DNA of 64,000 nt from Azolla caroliniana (Eukaryota > Plantae > Polypodiophyta). The stretch covers positions 23,870,001 through 23,934,000 of the forward strand of contig JBHGNT010000004.1 of assembly GCA_043228905.1 (NCBI GenBank). Reading direction: 5' to 3'. The notes beneath the pieces were generated by a model. That model did no database searches. It was given only the letters and a program-made list of their open reading frames with translations, and had not been told where the DNA came from. How positions within the stretch are numbered: the stretch's first letter is position 1; every line of letters begins with the position of its first letter. The position numbers and the translations under genes were made by a program. This document shows positions 38,957 to 52,700 of the stretch, piece by piece.

Positions 38957-40693
38957 ATGAACCCTGACCTGCAATTAAGGCTTCCTGTGTCATCGGCTAG
39001 CCATAACTACAACAATTTGCATACCCTGCTCCAGTCTTGCATCCTTAAGAAAGATATAGTCTCAGGTAGGGCTGTGTGTTCTCTCTTGGTTAAGTATGGA
39101 ATTAATCAATTGGGTGCATATATTGGAACCCGTCTGATTCGCATGTTTTCAGTTTGCGGCAGTTTAACTGAAGCTAACCATGTGTTCGAATCGTTGCATT
39201 CGAGAAATGTATTCAGTTGGTGTGCAATCATATCAGCAAATACCAGGGCTGAGATGTATGAACACGCGTTAGATCTCTATACCCAAATGTTGGAATCTGG
39301 TGCGGTTCCAGATGGGCATGTTTTCGCCTCAGTATTGCAAGCGTGTGCTGGTGCATCGGCCCTTTCTCGTGGCAAACTGATTCATATGCAAATCACTGAA
39401 GGAAGTTTTCAGGATGACGAGTATATCGGAAGCACACTTTTGCATATGTATTCCACATGTGGGCACTTGACCGATGCACTTAAAGTGTTTGATGATTTAC
39501 CTAAAAAGGGTCTCATCACGTGGAGTGCAATGATTTCTGAGTATGCTCAACATGGGGAAGGTCTGCGATCGTTGAGTCTTTTTTACCAAATGCAACGGTG
39601 GGGTATTGAACCTGACTCTGTGACACTTTCTAGCCTTTTAAAAGCATGCTCTATCATCGAATCCATGTTTCAAGGGAATATAGTCTATTCTTATGCCATC
39701 GAAATGGGGTACGATACATCCATTATTGTTGGAAATGCCCTCATTGATATGTATGTTAAATGTGCTACTTTGGACAATGCATGTACTGTTTTTGCAGCAT
39801 TGCAGAATCGAGACGTGGTAACGTGGAGCATCATCATTTCTGGCTATGTCCAAGAAGGCTTCTTGCAAGGAGCTCTTATCAAGTTTCAACAAATGCAATG
39901 CAGTGGTGTAGAGCCAAATGAAGCTACATTTGTATCCATCTTAGGGCTCTGTTCAACTATCACAGCTATCGATGAAGGAAGTCTTATCCATACCTTGTTG
40001 GTGAATAACTATTTTGAACAAGATGTGAATGTCGGGAGTGCCCTGGTTTATATGTACATGAAATGTGGGAACCTCCGGGATGCTCAGAGTGTATTTAAGA
40101 GGTTACCATATAAGACAGTAACGACATGGAGTGCAATGATTGAAGGCCTTGCGAGACAAGGTCATGACGGTCTCGCCTTAGAAGTATTTGATTCAATGCA
40201 GAAAACAGGTGTGAAACCAGATGAAGGCACACTCATCTCTCTCCTCTCGGCATCTGGCCATGTCGGCTTGAAGGAGAGAGGGTTTGACGCCTTCAATTTC
40301 ATCACGCACTTTCACAAAGTCTCTCCAAGTGTTGATCACTTTAACTGCATTGTGGACATATTAGGTCGTTCTGGCTTCCTTAAGGAAGCCGAAGATTTAC
40401 TTGTTACTTTAGAAGCAGATACCAATTTGATAGGCTGGTTAACTTTACTTAGCCACTGTGAAAATCGAGGCAATGTGGTGCTAGGAAGGCGATGCTTTGA
40501 TCAAGTCATGTATGTGGATTGCAACAATGCCGCAGCACATACCCTTATATCAAGCATATATTCGCAAGCTAACATGGTGGAGGATTTGCAAAATTTAGAG
40601 AGTTCAAACATGTTCATGCGTGGTGGAACTGTTCACAAAGAGTTGGCGAGAAGCAGCTGCATCACTCTTTTAACAGATGACAAAGTTCCATAA
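38957..40693 (+). CDS. PLS-class pentatricopeptide repeat protein with E-type extension, no DYW domain
   Basis: Single 578-aa ORF with repeated P-L-S motifs (NVFSWCAIIS, GNALIDMYVKC, DVVTWSIIISGY), then HFNCIVDILGRSG and IGWLTLLSHC E-domain motifs. Confidence 0.93.
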   Translation: MNPDLQLRLPVSSASHNYNNLHTLLQSCILKKDIVSGRAVCSLLVKYGINQLGAYIGTRLIRMFSVCGSLTEANHVFESLHSRNVFSWCAIISANTRAEMYEHALDLYTQMLESGAVPDGHVFASVLQACAGASALSRGKLIHMQITEGSFQDDEYIGSTLLHMYSTCGHLTDALKVFDDLPKKGLITWSAMISEYAQHGEGLRSLSLFYQMQRWGIEPDSVTLSSLLKACSIIESMFQGNIVYSYAIEMGYDTSIIVGNALIDMYVKCATLDNACTVFAALQNRDVVTWSIIISGYVQEGFLQGALIKFQQMQCSGVEPNEATFVSILGLCSTITAIDEGSLIHTLLVNNYFEQDVNVGSALVYMYMKCGNLRDAQSVFKRLPYKTVTTWSAMIEGLARQGHDGLALEVFDSMQKTGVKPDEGTLISLLSASGHVGLKERGFDAFNFITHFHKVSPSVDHFNCIVDILGRSGFLKEAEDLLVTLEADTNLIGWLTLLSHCENRGNVVLGRRCFDQVMYVDCNNAAAHTLISSIYSQANMVEDLQNLESSNMFMRGGTVHKELARSSCITLLTDDKVP

Positions 40694-42219
40694 AAAGAAG
40701 TTCAGGATCTTGTGATGAAGTGAAGGACTTTGAAATTTGTTCCTTTCAAACTGGTATTCATCAGTGTTATTATTCTCATTGTTTTGCCGAGATATGATTC
40801 GCATCCAAAAGCACAAGATGCTTTTGAGGGAGATTCTAGTGCGGGATGTTGGCTCTTAGAACTCAACAATTATTGCACAAGAGGAAGAAGCCCTGAATGG
40901 GTATGTATTCATGTGAGAGGAGGGGCTTGAATGCAGACCAGTCCCCATTTTACTTGTGTTTAAAAAGCTTCTAGCATTTTAGAAAAGGATGAAAAAAATG
41001 GAAAATTCTGATATCTGGACAGCAATATTGTGAGGGCATATTGTATGCAAAACAGCAGTGCATTAAGCAAAACTTTAAACATGAGGATAGTATTATAGCA
41101 ATGCGGGGTGCATTGTGTCCCACAGCTGACCATAGTTTTTTCAACTTTCCATTCTTTACCATACTAAACCTAACTCCCTTTCATAATGCCGAGGAATGTA
41201 ATGAGAGAGCAGAATTTTCACTACAGGATCACATAATATGATCTGGGTGAAATTATATTAAAATTGTTATTAATATAATTGGATTGATTAATGATTAGCA
41301 TACAATGCTAACTTGTAGTTGTTGGACTTCTCCTTTGATGTTGAGTTCAATCTTGTTAATGAAGCCTTGATTGCACTCCTCTTCCTGAGTATCATGCTCT
41401 GATATTCTAGTCCTATGTTTTCTAGAGCATTAAGTGTTGTTGTCATTACCGTACTGTTAATGCTAATTTGATTGCCCCTATTGAAGTTGTCCATACAGCA
41501 CTACAATTGTCATGCCATCTTATATTACAATGAGCTTATTGACATGAGCTTCATCGATCCTCATGTCATGCATCTTACTTCTCATGAGATTCAACAATTG
41601 TGGAGTACAATGACACAAAGCATTCCCCTAGGCAAGCTTATGGGTTGCTTTGGTTGTGTTGGGCTATAACTAACATTGTGATACAATAGCATGCACCGAT
41701 TTGTGGTTCTTGGGCCTTTGTTCACAATCCCATATGGAGATTAATTTCCTCAAGTGCCCTAATAAAGCTCATGGCAATAGTCAAAGATAATATTCCATGC
41801 TTAACTCCATGTCTTAGATAAGGATACGTTAGAAGCATACTATTTACATCATCAAATTGGGGCTTATCAATGGGTTTAAATGGCTAACATGGTTCTGATG
41901 GGACATGTCTTTTCTAAGTAGTGATCGAACGAGATGCGAGACCCAGATGCCTTACATGCCCAGTTGCTAAAGTTGTCCGAGTTTTTATGCGAAAACATTG
42001 CATGTCGTTATCTAGGAAAACCATTATCCAAGAAAACTCTTTTTTGACCCTTGTATGATAGGGTGTTCTCTCAAGGGACTAGAGGCTAACCCTCCCCATC
42101 ACTTATGATAGTACTTTGACTACCTTAAGGTATTGAGGGGTCCTCTATGGTACAACTAGAGAATGTGTTGAAATGGGTTCGGCTTGTTGAGGGGTTTACT
42201 TAACTATATGTATGTAGTT

Positions 42220-42311
<92 letters not shown>

Positions 42312-42324
42312 CATAAGATATTTT

Positions 42325-43800
42325 CCTCACAAGATCCGTTCGTCAAGGATGCCCCATTTAGCCCATTGTTGTTTGCTATTGTTACTCATCCCTTGTTAGT
42401 GATGCTATCCAAGCTTGCAACAAATGGTGATATTGTGGGTCTACACCTTCCGTCTGGAGGGCAACTAGTAGCACAAGTTTTGGCTAATGATTCTTTCATG
42501 TTTCTACAAGCCTCACGAGAGAATCTTGAGAACGGGATGCTCGTATGGAACCAATTTGCATTGGCTTCCGGATTACATATTAATTGGAGGAAGTCTAGTT
42601 TCATATCGTGTACTGAAAGGGATTTGGAATGTTTAGCATGGCAAGGATCCGTGGTGAAGAAAGGCTCTATTTTTCGACACTTGGGCTATCCATTAGGAAT
42701 GAATGTTACAAATGGTCAATTGATTGAATGGATGTCTAGTAAGTTGAGGGATAAGTTCATGTATTGGAAGTCACAATCTTGGTCATTTCATATACGCTTG
42801 AAGTTTGTACAATGTATTATGGAACCCATGATATTATATTACTTGCCATTGTTGCCATGGACAAAGAAGGCTTTGCATTCTACTTTGCAACCTCTTCGAT
42901 ATTTGTTGTGGAAGAAGAGGGATAAGATGGGAATCACTTGGGTTGCATGGAATCATCTAGCAACCCCTAAGCGGTTGGGGGGGGCTGGAATATTGAACTT
43001 ATCTAAGCATATGATGGCTCGTAGATTTTCATTATTACAAGATATTTGTTCAAACTCACAACCATGGATATGTATTGTTTAATATTTCATTGAGAACAAG
43101 GGTTTATCACATGGGAGGACAACGATTAAGGCTTCATGGTGGCAATTACTAAATGGATGTATTTCACTTAGGATTTCGGGCTCTACATGTGTTCAACACT
43201 TGGTTACCTCATGGCAAGAAGCACTCTTGTTATGTGTATGGAAACCATCATCTAGTAGAGAGCATTGTAACTCTTTGCAAAAAGAGTTGCTTGGATCTTC
43301 TCGGTTATTATGTTGGCCAGGAAAGGAGAGATTGAGCTCTCAATTTAATCATTTGTTTTGTTTGGGGGTCAAAGAGGTGGGAGATATAGTTGAGGCTCCA
43401 TCTCAAAGAATTTTGGAGTTTGCTTAAGCGCGACAATTATTACGCATTCCGCCTAATTATAGGTTTATTTGGCAACAACTACAAATTATTGCATTGATGC
43501 AAGGTCCCTTATCTCTACAAATAGGAGAACAACCGTGACTTTATTGGTGTTTAAAGGGTCAAACGTCATTGTTACAAGTGACTACTAATCTTTTGTATCA
43601 TTGCTCTGTTGAGTCTCTTGGATGGTTATCATCTAAGGCTGAAGAAGAATGGAGATTACACAAATATGACCATGGGTGGTGGCAGATCTTACAACGTAGT
43701 TGGCATTCTAAATTGTGACTTGTAGCAAAGGTCTTCATTTGGAGAGTTTTGATTGGAGGATTGCCTTTGGGATTAGCTCTAAAGCATCGTGGATTAGCAA
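42325..43800 (+). mobile_element. Degenerate L1-like LINE ORF2 fragment (RT C-half)
   Basis: RSVRQGCP/LAPLLF, LANDS (degenerate ADD motif), FRHLGYPLG, VAWNHLATPKRLGGAGI; later stops and frameshifts. Confidence 0.85.
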
Positions 43801-44430
43801 CGGGTCCCCTTTTTAATGTCAAGAGAGTAGAAAATGAGGAATTAATGAACCTTTTATTTATTTTTTATTTTTTTATTAAAAATAAAACAAATACTTTAAA
43901 GTTTTTCATCTATTATAAGAATATCATTAGTGTGAGGTCCCCTTTTTAATGTGAGATAAAAATATAAAATTTTGTGAGAACCTTTTATTTATTCTATTTA
44001 TTTTACATATATTTTATATATTTTTTGTTTTATTAAAAATTAAAACATATACATTTTGATAAATATTATAAAAATATTATTAGTGTGAATTCCCTTTTTA
44101 ATGTGAAATAAAAATATGAAATTTATGGGAACCTTTTATTTAGTTAATTTATTTACATTAATTAATTTATTTTTCGTTTTATTAAAAAATAAAACAAATA
44201 CATTTAAGTTTTATATATATTATAAAAATATTATTAGTATCAGGTTCCCTTTTAATAACATATAAAAATTTTGTGGGAGAGTAAAGTGAGAAATTAATAA
44301 ACCTTTTATTTATTATTTATTATTATTTTATATTTATTAAAAATAAAACAAATACTTTTAACTTTTAAGTTTTCCATTTATTATATAAAAATATTATTTA
44401 GTGTAAGCCTCCTTTTTAATGTCAAGTTAA
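43800..44430. repeat. AT-rich tandem array with an about 130-160-bp unit
   Basis: TCCC(C)TTTTTAATGT...AACCTTTTATTTA...TAAAACAAATAC recurs four to five times. Confidence 0.75.
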
Positions 44431-44806
44431 ATATCCCATATTTAATGTGAAAGTCTCTTTGTTATATGATATATATATATATTAGAAAGTAAAAAGTAGG
44501 AGCTCTTTTTTTTCTTTTTTTTTAACGAATATTGTTTCATGTATTCTTATGCGTATTCGTATGTATTCGTATGGTAACCCCCACGAATGCGAATATGACT
44601 AACAGCTATTGTAATTTGTAATTAGTGCTTTTTACACACATTTATTAATTAATATAATTGTGTGTTTTCACCAAGAGAGAGAGAGGGGGGTATTCTAGGA
44701 ATTTTAAAAACCGAGAGACTCTTTCAGAGAAGATGCTCTCTGTTTGATATATACGCCGTGGCTATGGCGGTGGCCATGGCCATCATCTTCTTCTTCTTCT
44801 TCTTCG

Positions 44807-47800
44807 ATGAATGTATCCTCCATGGCGGCCTGCACTCGTCACGCGATGCTTCCACCTCCTTCTCCTCTCTCATTCTCTTTGCGAGATCAGAACCTCCCTC
44901 TCCTCTCACGGGTCCCTTCTGCTCAACCCCCCAACCTCCAGAAGAGTAGATGGTCTCTACTTGCTGTGAATTGCGCCGCCAAGCGTAGCCCTAAACGACT
45001 AAAATACCACTTCTCCGATACACGTAAGGTAGGTTTTATGCACAATTCGATATCTGTTTTCTCTTTTCTATTTCTGTTGAATCAAATTTCGCAGAAATGT
45101 AACTGCTACAGAAGTTGTAGCATTGCTGGACAAGGTATGTAGCGAAAGCACTTCTTCCCGCAGTCTGTCAAAATAACTATTATTTTCAGACCTTCATATG
45201 TTTAATATGAACTGGTCCTTAACGGATATAAATTCCAGAAAAATCAAGAAGTTTTAATCTATATAAGCTTCAGAAAACATCTAAATTTTTATGCAATGTA
45301 AATTCCATGGAAACCTAAAATTTTCAATGCATATAAACCTCATTACTTTAATCCATATAAATCACACAAAATCTAGTTTTTTATGTAGAGAGTCGAGACT
45401 GTTGGGATAAGGCAGAGATTTGGAAAATAGTTTTTTATAGTTTTAGCCTGTAAATAGTACATTCTAAGCTCAGTTCTCATTAGCTCTGGGTTGAATTCTG
45501 GTTGATTGAGTTATTTTTTGCTATGGCCTGACAAACTAACTTGACATATAGTCATTGCAAATATTTGCAAACTTTTTGAAAACTAGGAATTTTGAGTAGC
45601 TATTGTAGCTACTGTGATTGCAAAGAGTGGCAACTCCTTCGGAAACTAGGAAATTTAAGAAGGTATTGTGATTGCAAAGAGAGGTGACTCGTTCACAAAG
45701 TAGGAATTTCAGAAATCTATTATGATCACAAAGAATGTAATTTTTTTAAGTGACCGTGTTTGCAAAAAGTATCTCTTTGACAAAGTATGAATTCTAAGAA
45801 GCTACCTGTCTGGACCAAAATATGTTAATGGCATGTGCTAGTTTTAGTCCCGACTATATGAATTAACACCATAGCTTACAAACTCATAGCTATGCAATGT
45901 GTGAAACAACCAAGATTCTTCTTTTAGCACATGCAGCAGATTTGCTAAATGGCCATACATTATTTCTTGTTTGGGGTTGCGGTAATTACATTGCACTCAT
46001 TTTGCATGCATCCATACTCCTGACAGAGTTGCGGAAATGTATTAACAACTGCCATTGATCTGTTCTTCTCATACATTGCAAAATATTGTTATCCCTGATA
46101 ATATCCTCCTTGAAGTGGTGCTATAATTATAGAATGCAACTTTGCGTGAAGGCAGTGAGGGTTATAGTTGGATATGGACTTCACTGGGTTCTGATCTATG
46201 TTTGGCCCATCCGCTTTTGTTGATTTTATATCAAGTAGGATTCTTAATGTTAAGGACAAGCTCATCAATTTGAAATAGAGGGTGGAAAGAGAATAAGCTT
46301 CATGTAGTTATCTATAAAAAGGCTAAATAGTATGTCAAAATGAAAATAAATACTAATCTGGGAAGGGGACTATGATTACAATTGTTTCCTAACATGGTAT
46401 TTTATAAGTGTTTGTGATAATCTCGTTGTAGAGAAACTAACATTTTCTAGGATTAAATGTTGCATAATGGCAATTGTTGTCTGACATAATTAATTGACAA
46501 CGTCATGTTGTTTGGAGTTGACCAGGTTGCCGAACCTGTTTATATTTCTGTAGACAGCCTTGGCTCTGACGTCTGGAAACTTGATCAGATAATAGAACTG
46601 CTGAAGAATGGAGCTGTTGGAGTCATCCCAACTGACACTGTGTTAGTCTCATTATTCATATTAAAGAGCATCTTTTACAATGAAATGTTTTCCTTGCTTT
46701 GCAGTATTTACACACGATAAAGATTTCTGCAAATTAACCGAGTCATGTAACATGAAATACTTTAAATTTGCTTAGTATTTCTATACATAGATTTTCTTGT
46801 GTTCGTCTTATAGCTGCCAATCTTTTCTGTTATGTGATTTGTATGAAATAAGGCTTTTATACAACTTGAATCTGGTGATTGGCAGGTATGCAATTGTTTG
46901 TGATCTCAAGGATGCACGTTCAATCGACCGCATATATAGGTTTTTTCTCATTCCAGCAATAAGCTTTGCCTAAGAATTTATTTTCAAGGAATATATATAT
47001 ATATATTGCACAAGTTAAGAAGGTAGAAGGTGAATGTGAATGATAAAATTCATTACCAATAATGAAGTATGATATGTCATACCATTTTCTCCCTCCATGA
47101 AAAGGCAAAATAAGTCTTGCTTGATAATCTATCCTTACGAAATGCATATGATGTGAATTTATCAAATTAATATCTTTGTCATAGATTGAATCTGCTAGGA
47201 AAATGCTCATTACAATGAAAACAAACAAATGGGTCATGGCCTAACCACAATAAATTTCCTAGACGTAGTCTTGCTGGACTGCCTGCCTCTGAGATGTGAA
47301 TCTGGACACTGGTAGTCTGCTTCTCAGAGGAGCTGAAACACTTTATGCAGGCAGATCAATTGGGACGAGTAGGCTTAATTTTTATGGTTGTCTTCTGGAG
47401 AAAGAGAACCAGGCATCTAATTATTAGCACATGATTGTGATTAGTGAGCATGTTTGAGATTGTGGAAATTCATCAAATAGAAAATTGGGCTGAACTGTCA
47501 AAAGCAAGCTCCTTCCCATGGGTTGTGAACCTGATTTCCGTGGCACATTTGAAATTGCATCTTAGATTGTTATTAACCCAATCACATAGCCATCCAAAAT
47601 TATTGCTAAGTCCAAGTAAATCTAGGTTTCAGATGATATCTCTATCATACAGTATTATTCTGAAGGGTTCTACTGATATGAGGCTTTTTTGATGCAGGAT
47701 CAAGAATATGGATCCTAAAAAGGTAGTATCATCTGGTAACCAATCCATTAAGATTTCAGTAGATTTTGCAGCTGGTCATATTTTTTTAACTTTTTGAGAT

Positions 47801-49037
47801 TTGTAATGTTCTTGCCTATCAGCCTTTGAGTATACTATGCCGATCATTCCATGATATTGATACCTATACTACTGGATTTCCACGTGGGAACAATCAAGGT
47901 CATACCAATATCTTCCGAGCTGCCCGCCAATGCCTCCCAGGACCAGTATGCAGGCTTTTTGAAACTTGCAATTATTAATTCTGTAAACCAAGGAAAATCT
48001 AGCAACTGTTGTAATCTTCAATTTGCAGTATACGTTTATACTTCCTGCTAGTAAGGAGATGCCAAAACAATGTTCAGACTTTGGTGGAAGTGCTCAGAGC
48101 TGTGCACCAAGAAAAAGTGTTGGCGTTCGTATGCCAAATGATGTGATATGCCAAGCAATTCTGAAGGAGCTTGATGGGCCTTTGATCTGTACAAGGTAAA
48201 TAAGTAAAATGTTGTCATGACCTCATCATTTTGCACAGGGAATAAAAAATCTTTTTACTGTACAGTGTACGGAGACCAGCTAATGATAATTGGTTACTAG
48301 ATCCAGTCCTTATATTGGACACATATGGTGCCTCAGAAGGGAAAGAGGTAATGAAATGCGTGTGTTTGTACCATTTTACGTGTATTTCTGTGCCACTGAA
48401 GAAACGATTGAAATATAATTTTTTGTGATTTTTTGGTACAGGGTGTAGACTTTGTAGTAGATGGAGGTGTGCGAATTGCAGACCCATCCACTGTGGTGGA
48501 CATGACAGGAACATCTCCAGTACTATTGAGGCGTGGCAAGGTGGCCTTTTTAACAACTATACTATACTAGCTGTTTGAAAATGCATGGTATGACCTTCAG
48601 CAGGGTTTGTGTGCAAGAAAATGAAAAGCATTAAAATGGTTGCATTAGTATACTAGCTGTTTGTAATGAATCATGAGATAATTTAGCTATCCAAGTTAAG
48701 AAAATGGGGATTGGATTTTGTCTTGAGTATCCGAGCAAGAACCCATGCATGATGCTATCACCATTAAGATTGGGGACATATTATTGCAGAAACAAGGTGA
48801 AAACAAAGTGACAGTATCTGATAACAGCATGCACCGAGTTGCCAAAATCTTATGAACAAATGATAACAACTTTACAGTTTCTGTCAGAGCTACTTGGTTA
48901 CTGGTTACCAAGGCAATCACTTCCTTATCAAAAAAATTAAGGACTGACTAATCAGCTCATGCTGTTGCACACAGTCAACTATTCTCAAATAAACGGTATG
49001 CAAGAATGCTACTAGCAACCTTACAGAACAATCTTAG

Positions 49038-49092
<55 letters not shown>

Positions 49093-49975
49093 GATATATC
49101 AACCTTTATTTAGATAGGCTGTGGCACCAAAATTATTACAATCATAATGTCATATGACCTCTCATCCATAGAAAAAGAAAAGCACATTGAACTGATATCA
49201 GAGTCATAACTAGGATGTAATGTAGTATGTAAATTTTTCAGAGAGAAACCCAGAGAGCCAGAGAGAGGTTATGTTAACATATTGAAAGTGGCCAAACTGG
49301 TCCTTGCGCTCCAAAAATTCTAGTTGTGATGTCATGTGACATCATATCTATGACAAGAACAACTCAGTGAGCGTAAGCTGAAATTGAAACTATAAGTAGT
49401 GTGATAAGAAAATAGAAAACCTACCACAAATACCAAACAAGAAGTTCAGAGATGTTCTGTGATATAAATTACAGCATAGCATCCACGGGAGTAGTCATAT
49501 TATTTGCCTTTACAAAGTTTTCTGGACTTTGGTTGAATGCGGGATGTAAATCATTTATTGTCTCTGCCTTTCATCTCCATTCAATTAATAGATGGATTGT
49601 CTTCAGGTTCCACAGAGAACCTAAGGATGCAAACCAGACTACTTGATATTTTCTCAATTTGTCAAAACTGAGAAGTTCAGCTGCCAATCTGAGGTTATCG
49701 ACCTTGAGAACTCTCTCAGTTCTTTGCCTTTGCACCATTTCAAGAATCAGCAGTTTTTTTTACGTTGTTGAGTTTCTTTGACATGTTTGTGATTTTCTTT
49801 CTCTGGTACAATTGTGATTGCTCATGGAGTTAATGCAGTATTGAAATTGTCATGAAGTTAGAAACTGCAATTTATTCTATATTTGCTATTTCAGGGAATC
49901 GTTGAAGATTGGATGCTTATGGACCTACCTAGCTCTAAACCACCAGATTTTATGAAGACAAACCCATACATGTAA
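44807..49975 (+). CDS. Plastid YrdC/Sua5-domain (YciO-like) protein
   Basis: Exons 44807-45028, 46526-46641, 46886-46939, 47698-47722, 47823-47945, 48029-48195, 48266-48347, 48442-48540, 49895-49975. Motifs AKRSPKRLKY, GAVGVIPTDTVYAIVCD, KPLSILC, LPGPYTFIL, VGVRMP, PSTVVD, LRRGKG. The true start may be 44764 or 44776. Confidence 0.9.
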
Positions 49976-50544
49976 TATAGGTTGTTAATTTCGAACTTTG
50001 TACATGATTCATCTGTAAATTTGTACATTAAGATGATCAGCTATGCGAGATCCCTGTGTAAAATGTACACAAAATTTTCTGATTCCAAACATATGGAATA
50101 AGTAGCTGTATTTTGTACTTCTTTGACCAACATGTTTCTGAGTATCCATGCCCACTCTAAAGGACCTTGTAACAAGAAGTTCATATGCTGACACATATCA
50201 CTAGCTACAAAATCTGTGCAAATGTACTGATTGATCTATAAATAAACCAATCATTCTATCCTATTACCTAGGTGATGAATCTTTTTAATGAATGTGATGT
50301 AACTTATTGCATTTTGGAAAGTTCCCCTTTTTATCTCGAAGATGATCATTTTGGTTCGTTATGTGAACACATTTAATTGTTTAACATTCATATTGGAGAT
50401 ATACATGTGAAGTGGGAGTGTAAATGGAATGGCTCATTATGTGAACATTTTATTGACCAACATTCATATTGGAAGTATACCTTTGAAGTGTGAATGAACT
50501 CATAGTTTATGTAATTCATATCAAAATCCAAGTTGTGATAATAT

Positions 50545-51606
50545 TGTGAAATGCACATAAAAGATCAAAACTAACTCCTTACTTCTTACTCAATTTATAG
50601 TTAGATACAAAGGTGCCCATTTGGGTTGGGTTAGCTAAAATGGGTGTGCTAAAAGGGTGGATCGGCGTAGGTACATGCATCCTAAAAAGGGTGTGCTAAA
50701 AGGGTGGGTAGGCTTAGGTACGTGCATCCTAAAAAGGGTATGCTAAAAGGGTGGCTCAAAGGAACACATGCACACCACATTTACCCCTTGAGAGAAATAA
50801 GGAGGTTTATGATATGGGAAAAGGATGGGGGTCAAAAAATGGGCCTAGGGTGGTATAGGGCTTGATGTGGGCAACATGGGCGGAGGCGAATTGGCCATTG
50901 GTATCACGTCGGAGCAAGTACGTAGTGGATCTGATGGCACGAACTACAGTGAAGGAGCCGAATCCCTCGATGCTTCTAGCGCAGTTGTGCGACTTGTAGG
51001 TTTCGAGAGCTGACTTGTCAAAGGGTTGATTCGTGCAGCAACCTCCTGCTTGAGGGTTTTGTTGAGGCGGTCGATGAGGCCATTGGTTTGAGGACGGTAT
51101 GGGGACTTAAGCACCTACTAGACACTTAGTTGAGCTGCAACGACGTTGCGGACATCCTCGTGGAACTGGTGACCCTAATAAGATAATAGTTGGATGGGGC
51201 TAGTGACGGAAAACGAGCTAGCAATTAGTGGATAGAGATCAATCCCTCCTGTGGACTGAGGGCCACTTGGACTTGGCTGAGGTGGGGAACAGGAGGGCTA
51301 TCATGTCGAAGGGGGATCGGGGAAACTCATGGGACAAGAAGTTAGTGGGCAACCTAAGGTGAGGGGGAAGACGTGGGTGCTTGGATGTGGGGGACTAGTA
51401 CCCCCCATCTCCACCAATATGTGAAATGCACATAAGAGATCAAAACCAACCTAGTTAGCTTCTTACTTCTTACTCAATTTATAGTTCATACAAAGATACC
51501 CATTTGGGTTAAAAAGGGTGTGCTAAAAGGGTGGGTCGGTTTAGTTACATGCATCCTAAAATGGGTATGCTAAAAGGGTGGCACAAAGGAACACATGCAC
51601 ACCACA
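50545..51606 (-). mobile_element. Miniature (1062-bp) non-autonomous LTR element with both LTRs
   Basis: Direct repeats 50545-50779 and 51420-51606 (TGTG...CACA); TSD ATAT; tRNA-Ala-type PBS TGGTGGAGATGGGGGG (51416-51401); PPT AAGGGGTAAA; integrase relic SPYRPQTNGLIDRLNKTLK. Confidence 0.88.
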
Positions 51607-52700
51607 ATATAATCTTGCTAGTTGGCTTTAAAACAAGTTTCATCATGAACTACAATTTATTGACTAATATTCATATTTGACGTATTCCTTTGAAGTGAAC
51701 GAACTCAATAGTTTATGCAAATCATATTTTAAATCCAAATTGTCATTGTATAACTTTTTAGTTGGCATTAAAACATGTAGGTTTCAAAGTTACCAACAAG
51801 TTGGTGGAGTCACCCTTGAAGCATCTCTTTGATTTCTAAGTATGAATATTTCCCCTACATTCTCCCTTGCTTCCATCCCAATGGTATCATCAACAAACAT
51901 CCCTAAGCATTCTTGGTTTTATTCCATATTAGGGAATTTATGGAGATAGTTTGTAGGTATTAATTTTGGTTGATTGTAATTTAATTATCTTGTCAATACA
52001 ATGATGCCAATCCCTTCATATAATCTATTTTGTGTCTCTAATAATTACATCTTTTAATCTTGCCCAAGTTCTTGTACACCTAGTTTTTATAATGGAAGGT
52101 GAATTCCCAAACTCCAAAATCACGAGTTGATTGATTTGCAATAACCTCTTTAGTCATTTTAGGAAGATTTTTGTCCATTCACTAGAAAACATCAAAAAAC
52201 TATGTGCCATTTTTAATTAATTTAATCCTTAACATTGTACAACTCTCATTGCAATGTTCATTTTATATTGTGGAAAATGCTTTGATGCATACGACAAATG
52301 TCGCCCCCATAACCTCAGAGGCGAATTTCGCTATTATCTTCTCATTCTTTGTGCCTTCAAGAAAGAACATAGACTTAATACTATTGCAAGATATCAATCT
52401 TTGAAGATACACTCCTCATATTGGAACCAAGGTCATAGATGTTGTACACCAATTTATTGTCATCATCAAATATGTTGTACCATTTCGATATCACTAAAAA
52501 GTTTGGACCCAAGTTTGGACTACCTGCTTCCGCAGAGAGCAAAATATTTTTAAGCTGAGATTAATTGAAAACTGCGTGAGTTCGAAACTAATATATATCT
52601 TCAATTTTCAGCATTGGTATAGATGTTTAAATGAAGATGTATATTCAGAGATTGAAAATAATGTTGTGATTCTACAAAATGTCATCAAAACATGGACTAG

